DNA from: Eremomyces bilateralis CBS 781.70 | Lineage: Eukaryota | DNA: 64,000 nucleotides | Reading direction: 5' to 3' (one strand) | NCBI GenBank assembly: GCA_010015585.1 | Contig: ML975159.1 | Shown here: one piece after another, positions 9,154-23,567 of the stretch | Layout of the letters: every line of letters begins with the position of its first letter | Position numbering within the stretch: the stretch's first letter is position 1 | Position numbers and translations under genes: made by a program | The notes under the pieces: model-generated | The model's input: the letters and a program-made list of their open reading frames with translations, nothing else | What the model was told of the DNA's origin: nothing | The model's database searches: none

Positions 9154-12100
9154 TTAATAGCCCCAATGGGTGGGAGAGTCGCGGTGGGGACGCTGAATGA
9201 AACCTCCATTGGCGCCTCCGTTCTGATGAGGATGAGCGCGAGTGTTGCGGGGCATGTCAGTAAAGCCAGGGCTGCGATGTATGTCGCCAAAGGCAGGGCT
9301 GCGATGGCCCGGAGTGAGATGACCAGGGCTGCGATGCTCAGGGCTGCGACGACCAAAGCTCTGTTGGTCAGGGCTATGATGGCCGAAGCTCGGATGGCCA
9401 GGGCTGCGACAACCAAAGCTTTGTTGGCCGAAACTCTGCTGGCCGAAGCTCTGATGACCGGAGTTGGCCTGACCAACGCTTGGATGACCAAAGTTGTGAT
9501 GGCCAAAGCTCTGATGGACAGGGCTGCGAGAAGCGAAGCTCTGATGGCCAAAGTCGTGTTGGCCAAAGTCGTGATGACCGTTCTGAGTGGCATACTCATT
9601 GCCATAGTCATACTGAGACACGTTCTGGTACATCGGGGCCGGACCCTGATGATGAACAGACTGCGCATGGCTGGTGCTGGTGCTGTGGCGGTGGCGATTG
9701 GAGTTCCTGGGAGAGAACAAGCCTGAGAGCGGGTCAATGAACATGCAGGCAAGTAATAAGAAGAGCTTGGAATTTACCCTGATGAGCAGCGTTCGCAATG
9801 GAACGATTGAGTTGACCCTGATTGTTGCATCGAGGGAAGGCCTCCTTGGTGCCCAACGGGTGAGACACATCACAATTCTCACGAGAATACCAAAGCTGAG
9901 ACTGCGTTAGCACGATCGGATGGGTGCATTCCTGGAGCAACTCACCTGAGGACGGAACTCCTCCTTCTCAAACATCACCGATGAATTGCGGAACTTCTGG
10001 ATCAGGCTGTCTCGGCCTTGGATAGTTGCGTAGGAGACGCGAGCAACCTTGTTGCTGTTCCAGCGAGCCCACTGCCTGCCATCGACACCATACAGGAAGC
10101 TCAACAACCCCGCATCAGAGATGAAGTTGATGAACGCATATCCAACATTGTTGTTGGTGTGGAAGTCAATGCGTAGATAGGTGAAGTCATATTCACCCGC
10201 GGCATACTCATTGAGCATATCAATGAACTGCTCCACATCTACACGGTTGGGGATGTTGCGAAGCATGACCTTGAGACTCAGCATGCGCACTCAGTCTAGA
10301 GGAAAGGATGAGAAACTTACGGTGGTGCGCGTGTCGCGACCCTCAAGGATGCAATCGATGCAGACATGATTGTCGTTGTTTGGGGCATGAGGGCATTTGG
10401 GAGGCGAAATCTTGGGCGCGATGGACGCCATCCAAGCGAGCACCTCGTGGCCGGACTGCTGCGAAAGATACGGGCCCACGGGAGTAGCACCGAAAAGCGG
10501 CTGAAGAACCGGAGCCAACGGGCGAGGAGCGCGAGCTCGACGCGGCGGTGAAGGCTTGTAGTTCTTGATGAATTCAGCCTCCTGGTACTGCACCTCTCGG
10601 ACACCCCGGATTCCAGCCTCATAGAGACCTTCCTGACCGCCGGTCCACTGATCAAAGAGGATGTTGAGATCCTATCAATTGTCAGTGTGTGGAATGTGGA
10701 ATATGGAAAACGAATCTCACATCACTGGTGCAATGGCCAATATCCCATGCACGACCAGCAGTAGCATTGAAAGAATCAAGCGCGGACTGCCAATTCATCA
10801 TCGAGTCGAATTCGACACGGAAAAGAAGCGATCGCTTTTCCTCTCCAAGCAGCATGCCCGTGCGGATGGCACAAGCACGGCCCTGCTTGTGGAAGTTCTG
10901 GTTGAGCAGCTGGCATGCTCGATTGAACACAGCGGCTTCACCACCACGCTCCTCAACAGTGGAGGCTTTCCCAGTCAACTGAATAAACAGAACAAGCTGG
11001 CCATCAACCGCCTTCTTGTTGCACGAATATTTCTCCTTCTCATGGAGAAGGGCGTGGTCAATGTAGCTCACCCCGAACTTGGATTGCTTCTCCGGACCAA
11101 ACCCAGCAATGGTTTCTTTCGCAACGCGAAAGGCGACTTCGGCTTCCGCAAGACCATCGAACTCATAAGTGACAAGACCAGGAGGGTAAGACGGCACGAG
11201 AGCCTTTCCAAGCGGGAAAGCCTTGGAATGCTGCATGACATGTCAGTCCCGGAACCAAACATTGCGGTGGAAGCGAATTGCGGCACGACTTGGAAATGAC
11301 TCAAAATGACGACTAGGGTGCGACTCGGCACCCTTCAAAGTGAAAGGCAGGCGGGCACCATCGGTGTGCTGCTTGAGGCCAAGACATGTCGGAATTCAGC
11401 TCACCCGCCACGACACAAAAGATTCCGAGAAGAAAGTGGAATGGCCGGGGGAAAGTGACTCAATTTTGACGGGAAAAGTGAACATTGCCGGGGAACAGCC
11501 CACAGCCAGGAAAAAAGGATGAAAAAAAAGATAATTGACCTTTTCAAGAGTTGCAACCAAGTCCTGTTCCTCTCCCTTAGGGCAGTGGATTTCGAATGCG
11601 CGAGAGATGTTCATAACGGCATCGTCGCCAGCTCCGGTGACGCTGAATGCCAGAAGATCGAAGACGTTGTCCGCACGACCAGTGTAGTGGCGATGCTCGG
11701 GTGCGATGGCATCAATGCGCCTCATGCGCTCGAAGGTCTCCTTGTGGTTGAAGACGCGATCCTTGCTGAGCTTGTAGCCGATATCGAGTACCTTCATGGA
11801 CTCGGTGAGAAGGTCCATGTTGAACTCAGCAGACTTGGCCGCGGACTTCTCGGGTGCAGCAGTGGGAGCGACTTTCTCACGGAACTTACGGAGCTCGTTG
11901 GGGTGGCAGACAGGAGCAGGAGCTACGTTGGCGACCTTGAGCCCCGCGGAGATGGGCACACCACCGGCCATGAGCTTTGCAACGGTGGTGCTGCGATTGG
12001 ACACGTTGAACGTGGTGTCCGGCGAAGTCAGGTCAGAGAATCGGCCATCGTAGTAGGTAGCAGAGTCCGAAGCAGTGATCGGACTGGACCGCGAGGGGCC

Positions 12101-12160
12101 AGCGAGAGGCTGATCATGAGAAGGCGAAGAAGACATGATGAGTGTCTGCATGCGAACCAT
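9154..12160 (-). CDS. mei2: Mei2-like RNA-binding protein (C-terminal RRM_2/RRM3) with a repetitive tail
   Basis: DTRTT|VMLRNIPN..YDFTYLRIDFHTNNNVGYAFINF..W..WNSNKVARVSYATIQGRDSLIQKFRNSSVM is the Mei2 RRM3 signature. Multi-exon; 5' exons approximate. Confidence 0.85.
9262..9577 (-). repeat. 15-bp coding tandem repeats (pentapeptides QSFGH/RSPGH) in the Mei2-like tail
   Basis: About 20 degenerate units such as ccagggctgcgatg and ccaaagctctgatgg. Confidence 0.8.
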
Positions 12161-14482
12161 ATCGAGTGATATCAGTGAGGTTTCGAGGTATGTTCTGGAT
12201 AATGAGATTGTGAAGTGGGTGCGATGAGGTTGAAAGTTGAAAGTGGTGAGTGGAGTGAGTTTTAAATGAGTTCTGGGAAGACACACGGTATTGCGCTGTG
12301 GCAATCACATGGAGGAAAAGGGGCGGGCATGTGTTGAAGGATAGGCTGACGACTTACCAGGCAACGGTGAGACCTTATCTAGAAATCTGATAAGATGAGT
12401 TGAGTGAAGTTGAAGTGGAGCGAAGGTGGGTTGGAAGAGAAGAAAGTTGAAGTCACTGATGCTTCCACAAACCGAAGAGAAGAGAAGGGTGCGAAAGGCA
12501 AGAAGAGAAGAAAATTAATGCTTCAGAAGAAAAGCTGCTTCAGTCTCGCGAAAGGAAGAGGATTTGAGAGTCGGATGAGGAAGAGAGGAAGCAGAGGGAG
12601 TGATGGTGGAGAAGTTTTATATATACTCCTCTGCCTTCCCAGGGGACCATACAAACCGTCACAACCCTGTGCGAATGCGGCCAATTATCTTCAAGCGAGT
12701 CTTCAGAAATTGGTGCAGATTGAGTTGGCGATAGTCATGGAGAGTGGGAGAGTTGGGTGGTGGAGTGGATGGAGTGAACTGAACGGAATGAAGTTCGCTG
12801 GGGCGGACGCAGGTTGGGAATCCAACGGTGCAGTATCAGAATAGGCTTGCTATCGATAACTCGACACGACTTGAGTGAATAACCCGACCAAAACAGTTTA
12901 TTGAAGGCGAAAACTTGGGAAGGATATCAGTCATTGCTCTACTGACCAGCTATAGGAACAATTTCGACGAATATACGAAATCGGAGGCTCTGCGGCGGCA
13001 TATGCGTCGTTGCCTGGCGATCACAGGGGCGGGTCGCTCCTTCCCGCTGCAGGACACATGCATCCCTCTCCATGGCCAGCGCTACAACTTTGCCACCGTC
13101 CCCGGTTTTCCCCACGAACTACTCATCGCAACTTCCTCACTGCGCAGTAGTTCACCGCTCTTTCCATCTCCAACTACATCGCATCATCCAATCATCCACC
13201 ACCTGACGCTTTTCGGTTTAGCGCTACGATTTCCACCAATTGCTTCACTTGAATCACAGTTATTGTTACGTCATTATCCCTGGACCGCTGGTTGGCTGGA
13301 GGATCGAGGACAAATACTGGACGGAAAGTGATTGAAGATCCCCCGGAAAAGTGAAATAGCGGAAGGCTTGCGATTTCTGGGCTGAGTCATATTGCGATTG
13401 TGGATTACAGAATTACGTGCAGTTTGGATTTGCCCATGGGATCGTGGATAACAAATCTACAGTCTACACGCCTACCCCCGCAGGATTACTCCACAAGGTA
13501 CAGGTAACATTTAGAGCAGTTAGAGCAGTGAGTTCAGCATTAGCATGGCACCCCAGTGCCTCAATGTGGACTCGGGAATTCCGAGGATTTCAGTCTGGAT
13601 TTGTGATGTCTCCTCCGCCGTCCGAGGCCGTCAGAGGACTAGAGATTTTACCAGATCCATCACTCGATGTCCAGGCTCTACAAGCCTGCAGTACGGACAA
13701 AACTATCTAATACGTTTGCAGTATGCATTCTTTGAGGGCAGTTCAGTGTCAGACCTGGCAGAAGTCATCTCTAGGACATCGGCTGAACAGCATTGTTGGG
13801 GCCAATGAAGCGTAGAGAGATCCATATAGAAAATTATAGACTGTAGACAATCAAACTGCTAGATCATTGATCGATAACATCTATCCCCTTTGCTTGACCC
13901 TTTATCATATCGCATATATAATCTTTGATAATTCCTCCGGGTAGCAATTCACCAGGAACCCACAGAATTTCCCATTTCCGCCTCAGCTTCTGGAGAAGAA
14001 ACATTGAGCATCCATTCACACACGTATCCATTCATCCAGCTTGACAATAGTCCGCATGGGATTGTTGATAAGGTATGTTGTCCGTTCTGATATGCTCCCT
14101 GTATTAGCGTGTAGGCCTGTGCCGTCAGCCGTGGTTGGTGGTGCCTGGGACTAACGCCTTTCAGTATAGCTCACGTGCCATGATTGGATGGTGTTCCTTC
14201 CATCGGGGCTTTATTCAACGTCACTCAGATCTCATACATTCGGGAGCTCGACCTCAGCGTAGGCTGTAGCAAGGTAGATCTATGTGAACATCGGGTGGTG
14301 AACGGCAGATCTGACTCCAGCACTTCACAGAATTCTAACGCATGGGGTATTAAAGACCTGCTCTACCGGGCCTGGAAGGATTATACGGCCTTTGATACCA
14401 TATCGACCAATGCTTGCACGACTATAGCCTGCACCATACCGACCATCCCACTATCGAACCGCTCCGCAACAGTCTCAACACG

Positions 14483-17163
14483 ATGCCAGCGGCCATTGCT
14501 CACGCTGACCTGGCGCCAATTGTCCAACGGGTACGAATATACGGCCCAAACCCTTCCTCCCTCGCTAACATCCATCTAGATCGTCCTCACCTCCTCCGAA
14601 ACCGACTATGTCGACCAACTCATCCCCATCATCAAAGATGCCCGCACCCCCGATCGCGCCGGCCGCCTCCTCCACCACTTCGATGCCCTCGCCGCCGACC
14701 GCGAGACCGAAATCGAGCGCATGTGCAGCACAAACCACCAAGACTTCGTGAAGTCCGTCAATGACCTGCTGCGCATCCGCGAGGGGACCGCTGAGCTGAC
14801 GTCGGAGATCCTCGGGCTCACGGAGACGATCCAGTCGAGCACGGAGCAGCTGGCCGCGCAGAAGAAGGCGCTGGTCGAGTCGCGCAGCGTGCGGGAGAAC
14901 ATCGACGACGCGACCAAGGCGCTGAACGCGTGCTTGGACGTGCTGCAGTTGGCGAACCAGGTGCACGACCTGCTGGCGAAGAAGAAGCACTACGCGGCGC
15001 TGCGCGCGCTGGAGGAGCTGCAGAACGTGCATCTGCGGGAGATCAGCCGGTATAAGATAGCGGAGATCATCGAGAAGTCGGTACCGGCGACGCAGAAGCT
15101 CATCGCGGAGGCGGTCATGACGGATTTGAACACCTGGCTTTTCCGCATCCGCGAGGCATCGCAGTATCTGGGGGAGGTAGCGTTCTACCATACCGAGATG
15201 CGTAAGGAGCGGATGAAAGAGCGGACGGAGCAGGACGACTACATGGCGAAGTACGGCCTCAATTCGGCCGTGGAGCTCGTCGCAGACGAGATGGACGAGT
15301 TCGACATCTTGAACAACGAGGAAACGGACGTGCAGATCGACTTCTCGCCGCTCTATGAAGCGGTGCATATTCACGAGACGCTTGGTCGATACGATCAGTT
15401 CCGCGCGGAGTACGCGGCGACGAGACGGAGACAGAAGGACCTGCTGGTGCCGACGGCGTTAAATCTCCGGGACGAGGACGTCGCCGATTTGAGCAGTATT
15501 CTCGAGGGCATTGCCGGCTTCGCCATTCTGGAGAGAGCGACAATGATGAAGACGGATAATTTGCGAGCTGGAGTGGATGTAAGATGGCCTCCTGATACTC
15601 CTGCTGTCATACTAACAGGAGCAGGTCGACGAATTATGGGACTCGATGTGCCGTGCCGCGATCACATTAATCTCCAATAACCTTCATGACGTCGATAAGG
15701 ATGAGACCTTGCTCAAAATCAAGGGACGAGTGGCTCTGTTCATCCAAACCGTGGATGTAAGTGACCACTGCGACGGTATTGACCGAGTAAACCGCTGATT
15801 GTGTATAGACATGGGGATATGCGACGTCCTCTCTCCATTCACTTGTCCTTACTATTTTCGACAATTACTCGAAATTGCTGAAGCGGAAATTCAGCGAAGA
15901 CTTTGAGGAGGTACGTCGTTGTTCGCTGTGGGACGGATCTGCCATTGACACTATGTAGATTGTGACGACGGACGACTATATGCCAATGCCGATCAATACC
16001 CTGGAAGAGTATGACAAAGTGGTTGAAGTCAGCTGGTATAATCCGGACACCGATCGTTCCGACCTCCAGTATGATTTCCCAGCGATGTGGGCATTTCTGA
16101 GCGCTAACGCGGAGATGCAGATTTCCTTGTGTGCTACCATTCTCTCAAATGTACCCCCTCTGTTGTATCGACATCCGCAACTTCCTGAACCAAATCTATC
16201 TTTTCTCGGACGATGAGTTCGAACGAGCCAACGTGATCGACGAGACGTTGAAAAGGGTACGCTCACCTGTGCCTTGCATCGAATCTCGCTAACAGCTGTA
16301 GTCACTGGACGAGCTATTGTGTGACAAGGTGTGCCAGACGCTGGTGGATCGACTCAGCTCGCAATATCCCGGCCAAGTCGTCCAAATCCTTACGAACTTC
16401 GAGCACTTCGAGACCGCTTGTGAAGAGCTGCAGAATTTGCTTTTTGACGCTCGTTCATCACAGTCTGCCAGCGGGCCAGTCATCCTACAAGCGACCGAAA
16501 GGTTCAGAGAAGGACGGAAGACGGCTGAAAAGCGGATATTCGAGCTTGTGAACTCGAAGATCGACGACCTCATCGAGACAGCAGAATACGACTGGTAAGT
16601 CTTCCGCCTCTAGCTCAGACCGTATAGCCAAGAGCTAATCACATCTATTTAGGATGACACGAACCCCTCCTGGCCGCAAAAAAGTCAGCAACTACATGCA
16701 AGAACTCACCCGCTACCTCGACGACTCCATGCACTCCGCGCTCCTCGGACTCCCCACCGAAATCAAAGAACTCATCTACTTCGACGCCCTCTCCCACGCT
16801 GCCACCAGCATCCTCTCCCTCCCGCTCGACTCCTCCGTCCGGGGAATCTCCCCCGCCGCCATCCAAACCCTCGCCAACGACGTGCAGCACCTCGTCGACT
16901 TCGTCGATGGCCTTGGCAACCCGATTCTCAAGGAAAACCTGGACGAGCTGGTGCAGACGGTCGCGCTGATGCAGAGTGACACGCCGGACGAGTTCTACGA
17001 CGTGAGTCAGCGGAACAAGAAGTACGGGCGGGTGGATCGGGAGCACGGGGCGATTTTGCTGGAGAAGGTGATGCAGGGACAGGTGGCGCCGTTGCAGCCG
17101 AGTCAGTCGTATAAGCAGGATGCGTTTGCGATGATGAGTTCGCGGTTTGGGTTGAATAAGTGA
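14483..17163 (+). CDS. SEC15: Exocyst complex component Sec15
   Basis: CSTNHQDFVKSV, HYAALRALEELQNVHL, IAGFAILER, LPFSQMYPLCCIDIRNF, QVVQILTNFEHFE, RIFELVNSKIDDLIETAEYDW; about 7 introns. Confidence 0.93.
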
Positions 17164-17645
17164 GGGCGATATTCTAGGACGGATAAGGACTTTTAGGGTT
17201 TGGAGAGCGGTCATTGGCATATGGGAAAGTAGGGGTGAGATATCATGGGCGCACTGCTTGTGACTCGGCCGATATCAGGGTTTGCCACGGGATTGTTGGG
17301 CCCTAGCACGGGAACGGTGCCCTTGGATTTCCGCATGCAAGACAGTATTGTGTACATCTGTCAAGGGCGTTCATAGGCAACGGTGGATAGTCGGCTTTGG
17401 GTAGCTAACCGTGCACGCGTGCAACAGCCTTCTCAACAGAAGAATGAACAAAGACATCTCCCAACATCAAATACTCCACCCATCTCAGAAAACGTATGAT
17501 TGATTTTATTCGGCTCAGTCAAGGCCCCCTAACTCCGAATGACGGTCAAATCACTCCCGCCCAACCCTCCATACACAGGGCTCCCCTCCCATCTCCCACA
17601 TATCACCATATGCGCATCTCCACTCAATCTTTGTTCATCTCTACT

Positions 17646-18331
17646 TTACGCCTCCACTTCAGCCGCCTTCTCCGCCTTTCGGCCCCTCAGCTTGCGCTCC
17701 GGGGTCGCCTTCTTCGGTCGCTGGCTTTGGCGGATCGCGCTGGCACGGGCGACGGCCTCGGCGCGGAGGTCGGGGCGGTAGTGGCGCTTGGTGGTGCTGT
17801 TGACGATGCTCTGGTAGGTCCTGTCGCGGGGTCAGTATGGCGCACATCCACATTCCACAACAACCCTTCTCAGAAATTTTCGAGTATCGCCGTTAGGACG
17901 GGTGGGGTGGTTATATTGTCGAGGGGTGACTGACTTGCGGGTGGATTTCCCCTTCCCGATCGTCGACGTCTGCAGAGCGGAGGCAGGCTTGTTCGCCTTG
18001 CCGGCCTTCTTCACGCTGACTTCAACGCCGCCTTCCGCGGCGGGCTGGACGCCGAAGGCCTTCTCGTTGATGGAACCCTCATACTGTGCTTCAAGTTAGC
18101 AAACCCGCCAAATGACTCGCTATCGAGGGATTAGAGCGCGCGTGCCTTTCGGGAGTAGACGTTCGTCAGGTTCAAGGGATCGCGAGAGAAGCGGGCGCCG
18201 CCGCCGGTTCGGCGGTTGACGAGGAAGGCGCTGTTGTTGCCTGGCATTGTGGGTTAGAATCGAGGCCGTTTTCGGTTCGATGGGGGTTACTCACGGGTCA
18301 CCTCCCAGAGGAGATCGGTAGATAAGGACAT
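17646..18331 (-). CDS. RPL28: 60S ribosomal protein eL28 (L28e family)
   Basis: MSLSTDLLWEVT..NNSAFLV..FSRDPLNLTNVYSRK..YRPDLRAEAVARASAI; 3 introns, the second GC-AG (18145-18084). Confidence 0.93.
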
Positions 18332-18843
18332 GGTTGCGGGATGGTGAAGTGGATGGATTGGGCTTCTGAGGATCAATTCGTCGTTCTGTTCGTCGTCACC
18401 AACTGTGTGAGATTCGATATTTCGATGCCAAGAGTTCAAGCGAAGCGACCCCGGTGCACGTGCCGTGTTAGGGCCTGAGGCTGCAAGGCATGAAAATAGG
18501 ATTATGTAATGACAGGCATAACTGTAATTGCATAAAGGCAACAAGGCAGCGAGGCAGTAACGCCATACGCAAGGCTGGGCTAGGGCTGTGCTAAACTGCT
18601 AAGTAATACTTTCGCCCACGTCCGGAACTGACGGAGTGTTCAAGCCACGAGAGGGATGCCCGATGCCGACGTTTCTTCAAAGGGGCGTAAGGCGACTGCC
18701 GGACATTACTAAAGCTTCAGGACCATCTGAGTCTCTTCCATAACTCCTCCGCTGTACCTATTCCACCTATCGCGGTGCCATCAGCAGGGTCCATACTCCT
18801 ATCATCAACCAAAGACCGATAGCTGCACATCGCCACATCCACC

Positions 18844-19259
18844 ATGGCGTATCTCCTCTACACGATCGCTTTCTTCACCCTCGTCTGCGGAACAGGTACG
18901 TCTCCTCCATCTTAACTCTAGCATCACTAACCTTCCCAGCCCTCTACCTCACCCGCGCCCGCTGGCTCCCCCTCCTCCCCACCACCTCCCACCTATACAC
19001 GCAGCTCCCCTCCTCCTTCCGCTCCGACGTCGAAGCCGGCCTGCACTCGACCAACTTCGACCTCGCGACGAACATCGAGTCCGGCGACGGAAGATCTGGG
19101 CTCGACGAGGAGGGCAAGCGCGCAGTGCAAAAGATCATGCGGAAGCAGAAGGTCGGGTTCGATGAGGCGCGGCGGATCTTCATGGAGCAGCGGTTTAAGA
19201 AGGGGGGGATTAATCCGGATGGGACGCCGAGGGATCCGAAATTTGTGTCGTTTTCATGA
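18844..19259 (+). CDS. Small fungal membrane protein, DUF2015/UPF0357 (YCL012C-like)
   Basis: Two exons: N-terminal TM, SFRSDVEAGLHSTNFDL..GLDEEGK..FDEARRI..GINPDGTPRDPKFVSFS*. Confidence 0.85.
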
Positions 19260-19722
19260 GCAAAGGGTGGGGTTTCGTTTGTTTATATGGGGTTAGGATG
19301 GGGTATGCGTTGGTTATATTCAGCTGGGCGTTGATTGCTGGATTTGTTCATTGTTCTCAGCTTGATTTGAGGTGAGACTTTTGGCTTAGGACCAGTCCAT
19401 GCTCGCTGTTGAGCATACCTTCGCCGATGTGCAGTTTCTTATGTACATTATGGAGCACTCTAGGAGCATTGGGAGCCGCTCCATTCTTCGTCAATTCATC
19501 CGTTGGAAGGTTATCCTCCCACACCCGCAACCACAGCTCCAACCACAACTCCATCGTACATCTCGGACTGGTCCCCATCATGCCTCTGATAAATCGCATG
19601 TGCACCTAGCAGCCGAGCGTAGCCTGTGACGTAGGGCATCGTCGCATTACGCGTCAGTCGAACAGTATCGACTTATAGCCCGAGTAATAAGTAGTCTTCA
19701 ATCTTATCCAACCCATCATCCC

Positions 19723-20809
19723 TCAGCGTTGTGCGTAGCCCGGAGGCGGAAATCCAGGCGGCATCCCGGGCGGGCCCCCCTGACCTGGCGGAGCAAATCC
19801 CGGAGGCGCGAATCCCGGCGGCGGAGCCATCGGCGGCGCTCCAGGAGCGAACCCGCTCTGCGGCGGTGCGTTGAACCCCGGCGGCATGAACCCCGTCGGT
19901 CCTCCATACCCCGCCTGCGATGGCGGCGGTCGGGCAGGGAGACCTGACGGCGGTGGCGGGAGCGGATTCGCCATTTGTGGCATTCGGTTCTGTGCATGAG
20001 GCGGCGCTTGGTGGTAGCCGCCTGGTGCAGGGAAGCCGGGAGGAGCGCCGTTGGGGACCATGCCCGGTCCGCCCATCGTCGGCGCCGCTGCCGTTGGCGG
20101 AGGCGCGAACATCTGCGGTTGGACTTGGAGCGGCTGGACGGGGATCTCGACGTTGTGCACGCGCGCCTGGGTGGCGAGCATCCGCTCGGCCTCGTCGCCG
20201 TGGCGGCCGCCTTTGCCGTCTTTCTTGTAGGCGTACTGCACGGTGATCTCCTTGTTCATGAGGTACTGCCCGTGCATGTTCGTCACCGCGTCGTCGGAGG
20301 CTTCGAAGTTCGCGAAGGACACAAAGCCGAACCCGCGCGACAGGCCGGCATCATCGCGCGCGACCTTCGGCGGCGCCACGAGGGTGCCGAAGCGGCTGAA
20401 CGTCTCCAGGAGCGTGCGCTCGTCGACCATCGGATCTAAGTTGCCGATGAACAGCTCCGCGCCGACTTCCACGCTCTTCTGCTTGTCGGCAGACGCCTTG
20501 TTGACGCGGATCGGCTTCCCGTACAGGCGGACCTGGTTCATGATCTTGGCGGCATAATCTGCGTCTTCTTCAGAGATGAACTCGACGAAGCCGTAGCCTT
20601 GGTGCGTCTGGGATACTCGGTCCTTGGGGAGATGTACATTGACTATCCGGCCGGCTTGGAGCATCAGCTCCCACACCAGGCTGTCTGTGACTCGCTCATC
20701 GAGGTTCCCGATGTAGACTGTGGCCTCTTTATCTTGTTCCCTGGTGGAGGTTAGCCATATTCTTTGCGCGACGCGGAAACGCCTACCAATGTCTTGCTCC
20801 GGAGGCCAT
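19723..20809 (-). CDS. SF3B4: Splicing factor 3B subunit 4 (SAP49/Hsh49)
   Basis: [32 protein letters not shown], second [22 protein letters not shown], Pro-rich tail. Confidence 0.95.
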
Positions 20810-21122
20810 TGTGAAGTTCTATTTCAAAGGATATCCACTGCTATATGGATGGGTACAAAAGGATGGATCTTCTGATACTCTTCGTTTGATTCGTCTCCTT
20901 ATTGTCGGTCGAAATGGGGGTGTGCACTGGTGAGGCAATCGTACATCAATTCAATTGCCTCCACGCGACTTTCTTAGGAGTAGCGCACGGACCTTCACGG
21001 ATTTCATGACATTTCGATATCCAAAGAGTTCGAGACATCTTCAACCAACAATACTTTCTACGATTCCAAGCACTTCCATCCCGAGGTCTACACGCTCTAC
21101 GGCATCACTTCCCACATTCAAA

Positions 21123-21433
21123 ATGCAGCTCTCAGAGGAATCAAAGGTGGGTTTGCCATTGCGCCGCTACCCAGAGCCAGAAACTGACCGCGCATCACAG
21201 GAGCGCATCTCCAAAGTCATCGACATCTCCCGCGTCGCCATACACTAGTACGATTCCCTTGGATAACCAATGATTCTGATGCTCATTCGTATTTAGTGGC
21301 TATGTGCCATTGATCCTCTACCTTGGATGGTCGCAGAGCACGCCTCGACCTGCCTTGATTAGGTACCGCAGTCTGAATCCAGTTCCGCCATGATTCCGCT
21401 GACCACCGTAGATTCTTCTCTCCTTTCGCCTAA
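21123..21433 (+). CDS. TOM7: Mitochondrial import receptor subunit Tom7
   Basis: Four exons: MQLSEESK|ERISKVIDISRVAIH..GYVPLILYLGW..PRPALI..LSPFA*. Confidence 0.9.
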
Positions 21434-21996
21434 ATGCAATACCGACACACATCAACTCTAATACACGAGGATGCGTAATTAGAGAGTGGACGGTCACCGT
21501 ACTGCAAGATGCCAATACGGCGACGGAGTTGCCGCCACCCCAAAGATTGGAAAATGGAGGTGACGGCGGAAGGCCATGCATTTGTTCGGCGTATCGGGCG
21601 GGTCACAATTTGTACCATCATACCACATTTTAGGGCGACGTTGCTGGAATAGAAAATGCCAACTTCTCTCTTTTCATTTCGCTCACTGAATCTCTTCGTG
21701 CCGCGACTCCTGACTATCAGCCGGAAGGGATGTTTGACGCGGCTACATGCTCCATCCTATACCGTGGCGATACTCCTCATTGCGTCTTCTCCTCGTTCAG
21801 GTCCCTCCGGGTTTTTGGCTGCGTATCCAATCGCCATCCCAATTCAGAGAGCAGGACCACCTCGGTGGCTGAGACGGTCGAGCGCCGTCCTCTGCCAACC
21901 GGCCCTGTGGCCTTGGGAAATTGAGTCGTTCTCCACTTAAAGCGTGAGACAGACACAGTGTCGTACAATCTTGATCCCTCGTGCCGTAGACTGCAC

Positions 21997-23279
21997 TCAC
22001 GATGGCTTAGCCAAGGACGGTCCGAACAAATCCTCCCCCTCCCTCTCCGTCCTCTCCCTCTCCAACTTCCGCTTCTTCGCCACCGCCTCATCGATCACCC
22101 CTTCGACCGCCCCGTCCCGTTTCTGCGCTTTGTTTAGTCCCACCAGGTCCATCTTCTCCGGATTCCGGCACTGGTACAGTTTCTTATCGATGCGGATCAG
22201 TTCCTCGCGCGGCACGTTTGCGGAGCTCGGCCCGGCGCGGAGCATCTCGGCGCACGACCGGATCGTCGAGAGGACTTTGGCTTTTAATTCATTGATGGTG
22301 TCGGATCCGGATGGCAGTTTCGAAGAGAGGAGGAAGGAGGTCAATGGTTCGTCAGCGATCAGGAGGGAGGCGAAGGAGATCTGGGACGGCGTATATAGAA
22401 GATAGGCGTCCGTGAGAATGGCGTTATATCCTAGGATCTCCTTGGCTGCTGCGTAAGCTTGATTCAATCTCTCTTCGCCTTCTTGCGTTGTAGACTTGGA
22501 CTCCGCCCCGTTTTGCGCAGGTAGGCGCAGTATCTGCGTCTGTATATCCCTCGCCGTTCTCGTGTCCAATGCGATCGGTGCGTAGTCTCCCTTGATCATC
22601 GAGAAAACCTCCATGTATATCCCCTTGAGCGCTCGGTGCGGATGGCGAACATCGAATGTAAACCGCAGGCCCTGCGTAATGACGAATTCCGGCGCCAAAA
22701 TCTCATCCGGCGAAACCTTCTTGAGTCCCGCCCCCTTCAGGACCGTCGAATATTCCTTGAGCGCCGTATGATGGTTCTCCGTCTTCGTGGCGAGGAACAA
22801 GGCGGACGGCATGATCTGCTTCGGGTGATAGGTCATGGGCGAGTTGAACAGGTAGAAGCGCTTCATGAATTGTATTGCCGTGGCCTACGTTTCGATCAGC
22901 TATCTATCCATCGGACCGCCGGCGAATGGGGACATACGACAACGTTTATAGGGAATTTGAACGGCTTGGCGAGGGGGACACATTGCGTGCTATAGTATTC
23001 CACCAACTTCAACTCCTCATCCGCCGTGAGGCACTCGGTTTCCTGGTCGCCAGTCGCGGTACTGGCTTCTCTTGACTCCCGCTTCTGACTCTGCGGCTCA
23101 CTCTCGCTCGCGTCTCCGGACGCGGTTCCAAGCCGCTGAGCTCTCGCCCGCTGGATCGCTCCTATCACCCTCTCGGCAGCGATACTATTAGTGTTTACGC
23201 GAAGAGCCGCCAGCTTTTCTGGGGCGAAGGACCACAGTCGGTACTGGGTAGATGCCCGGTATAGGTCATCCTCCTTCAT
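21997..23279 (-). CDS. CCL1: Cyclin H/Ccl1 (TFIIK cyclin)
   Basis: EDDLYRASTQYRLWSF, CLTADEELKLVEYY, KRFYLFNSPMTYHPKQIMPSALFLATKTEN, LTDAYLLYTPSQI. Confidence 0.9.
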
Positions 23280-23567
23280 GGTGAAGCTGTCTGTCACTCA
23301 GAAGAACGAACCGCCTTCATCGAGTAGCGACTTCACCTGGCGGATATCAGTAGGATAGTTATGTGTAAACTTATGGGAGTGTCGAGATGAATATCAATAG
23401 CGGCAGTTCAACATCATCCGAGGATCAGCCGACGACTTAAACAGAATCCAGGCGATGACAACCTGTGAACTTCAACTGCCATTGTCTTCAACTAATTGAC
23501 CGAACCTCAGATAACAGTCGCATGTCAACCAACTAGGTACCCAGTTTTGAAGAATATCTGGACTATT

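Noticed and set aside
9084..9752. Long alternative-frame and antisense ORFs over the Mei2-like tail
   Set aside because: Explained by the stop-free 15-bp repeat; the spliced Mei2 frame accounts for the region.
17824..17935. Possible snoRNA in the long eL28 intron
   Set aside because: No convincing box C/D or H/ACA elements.
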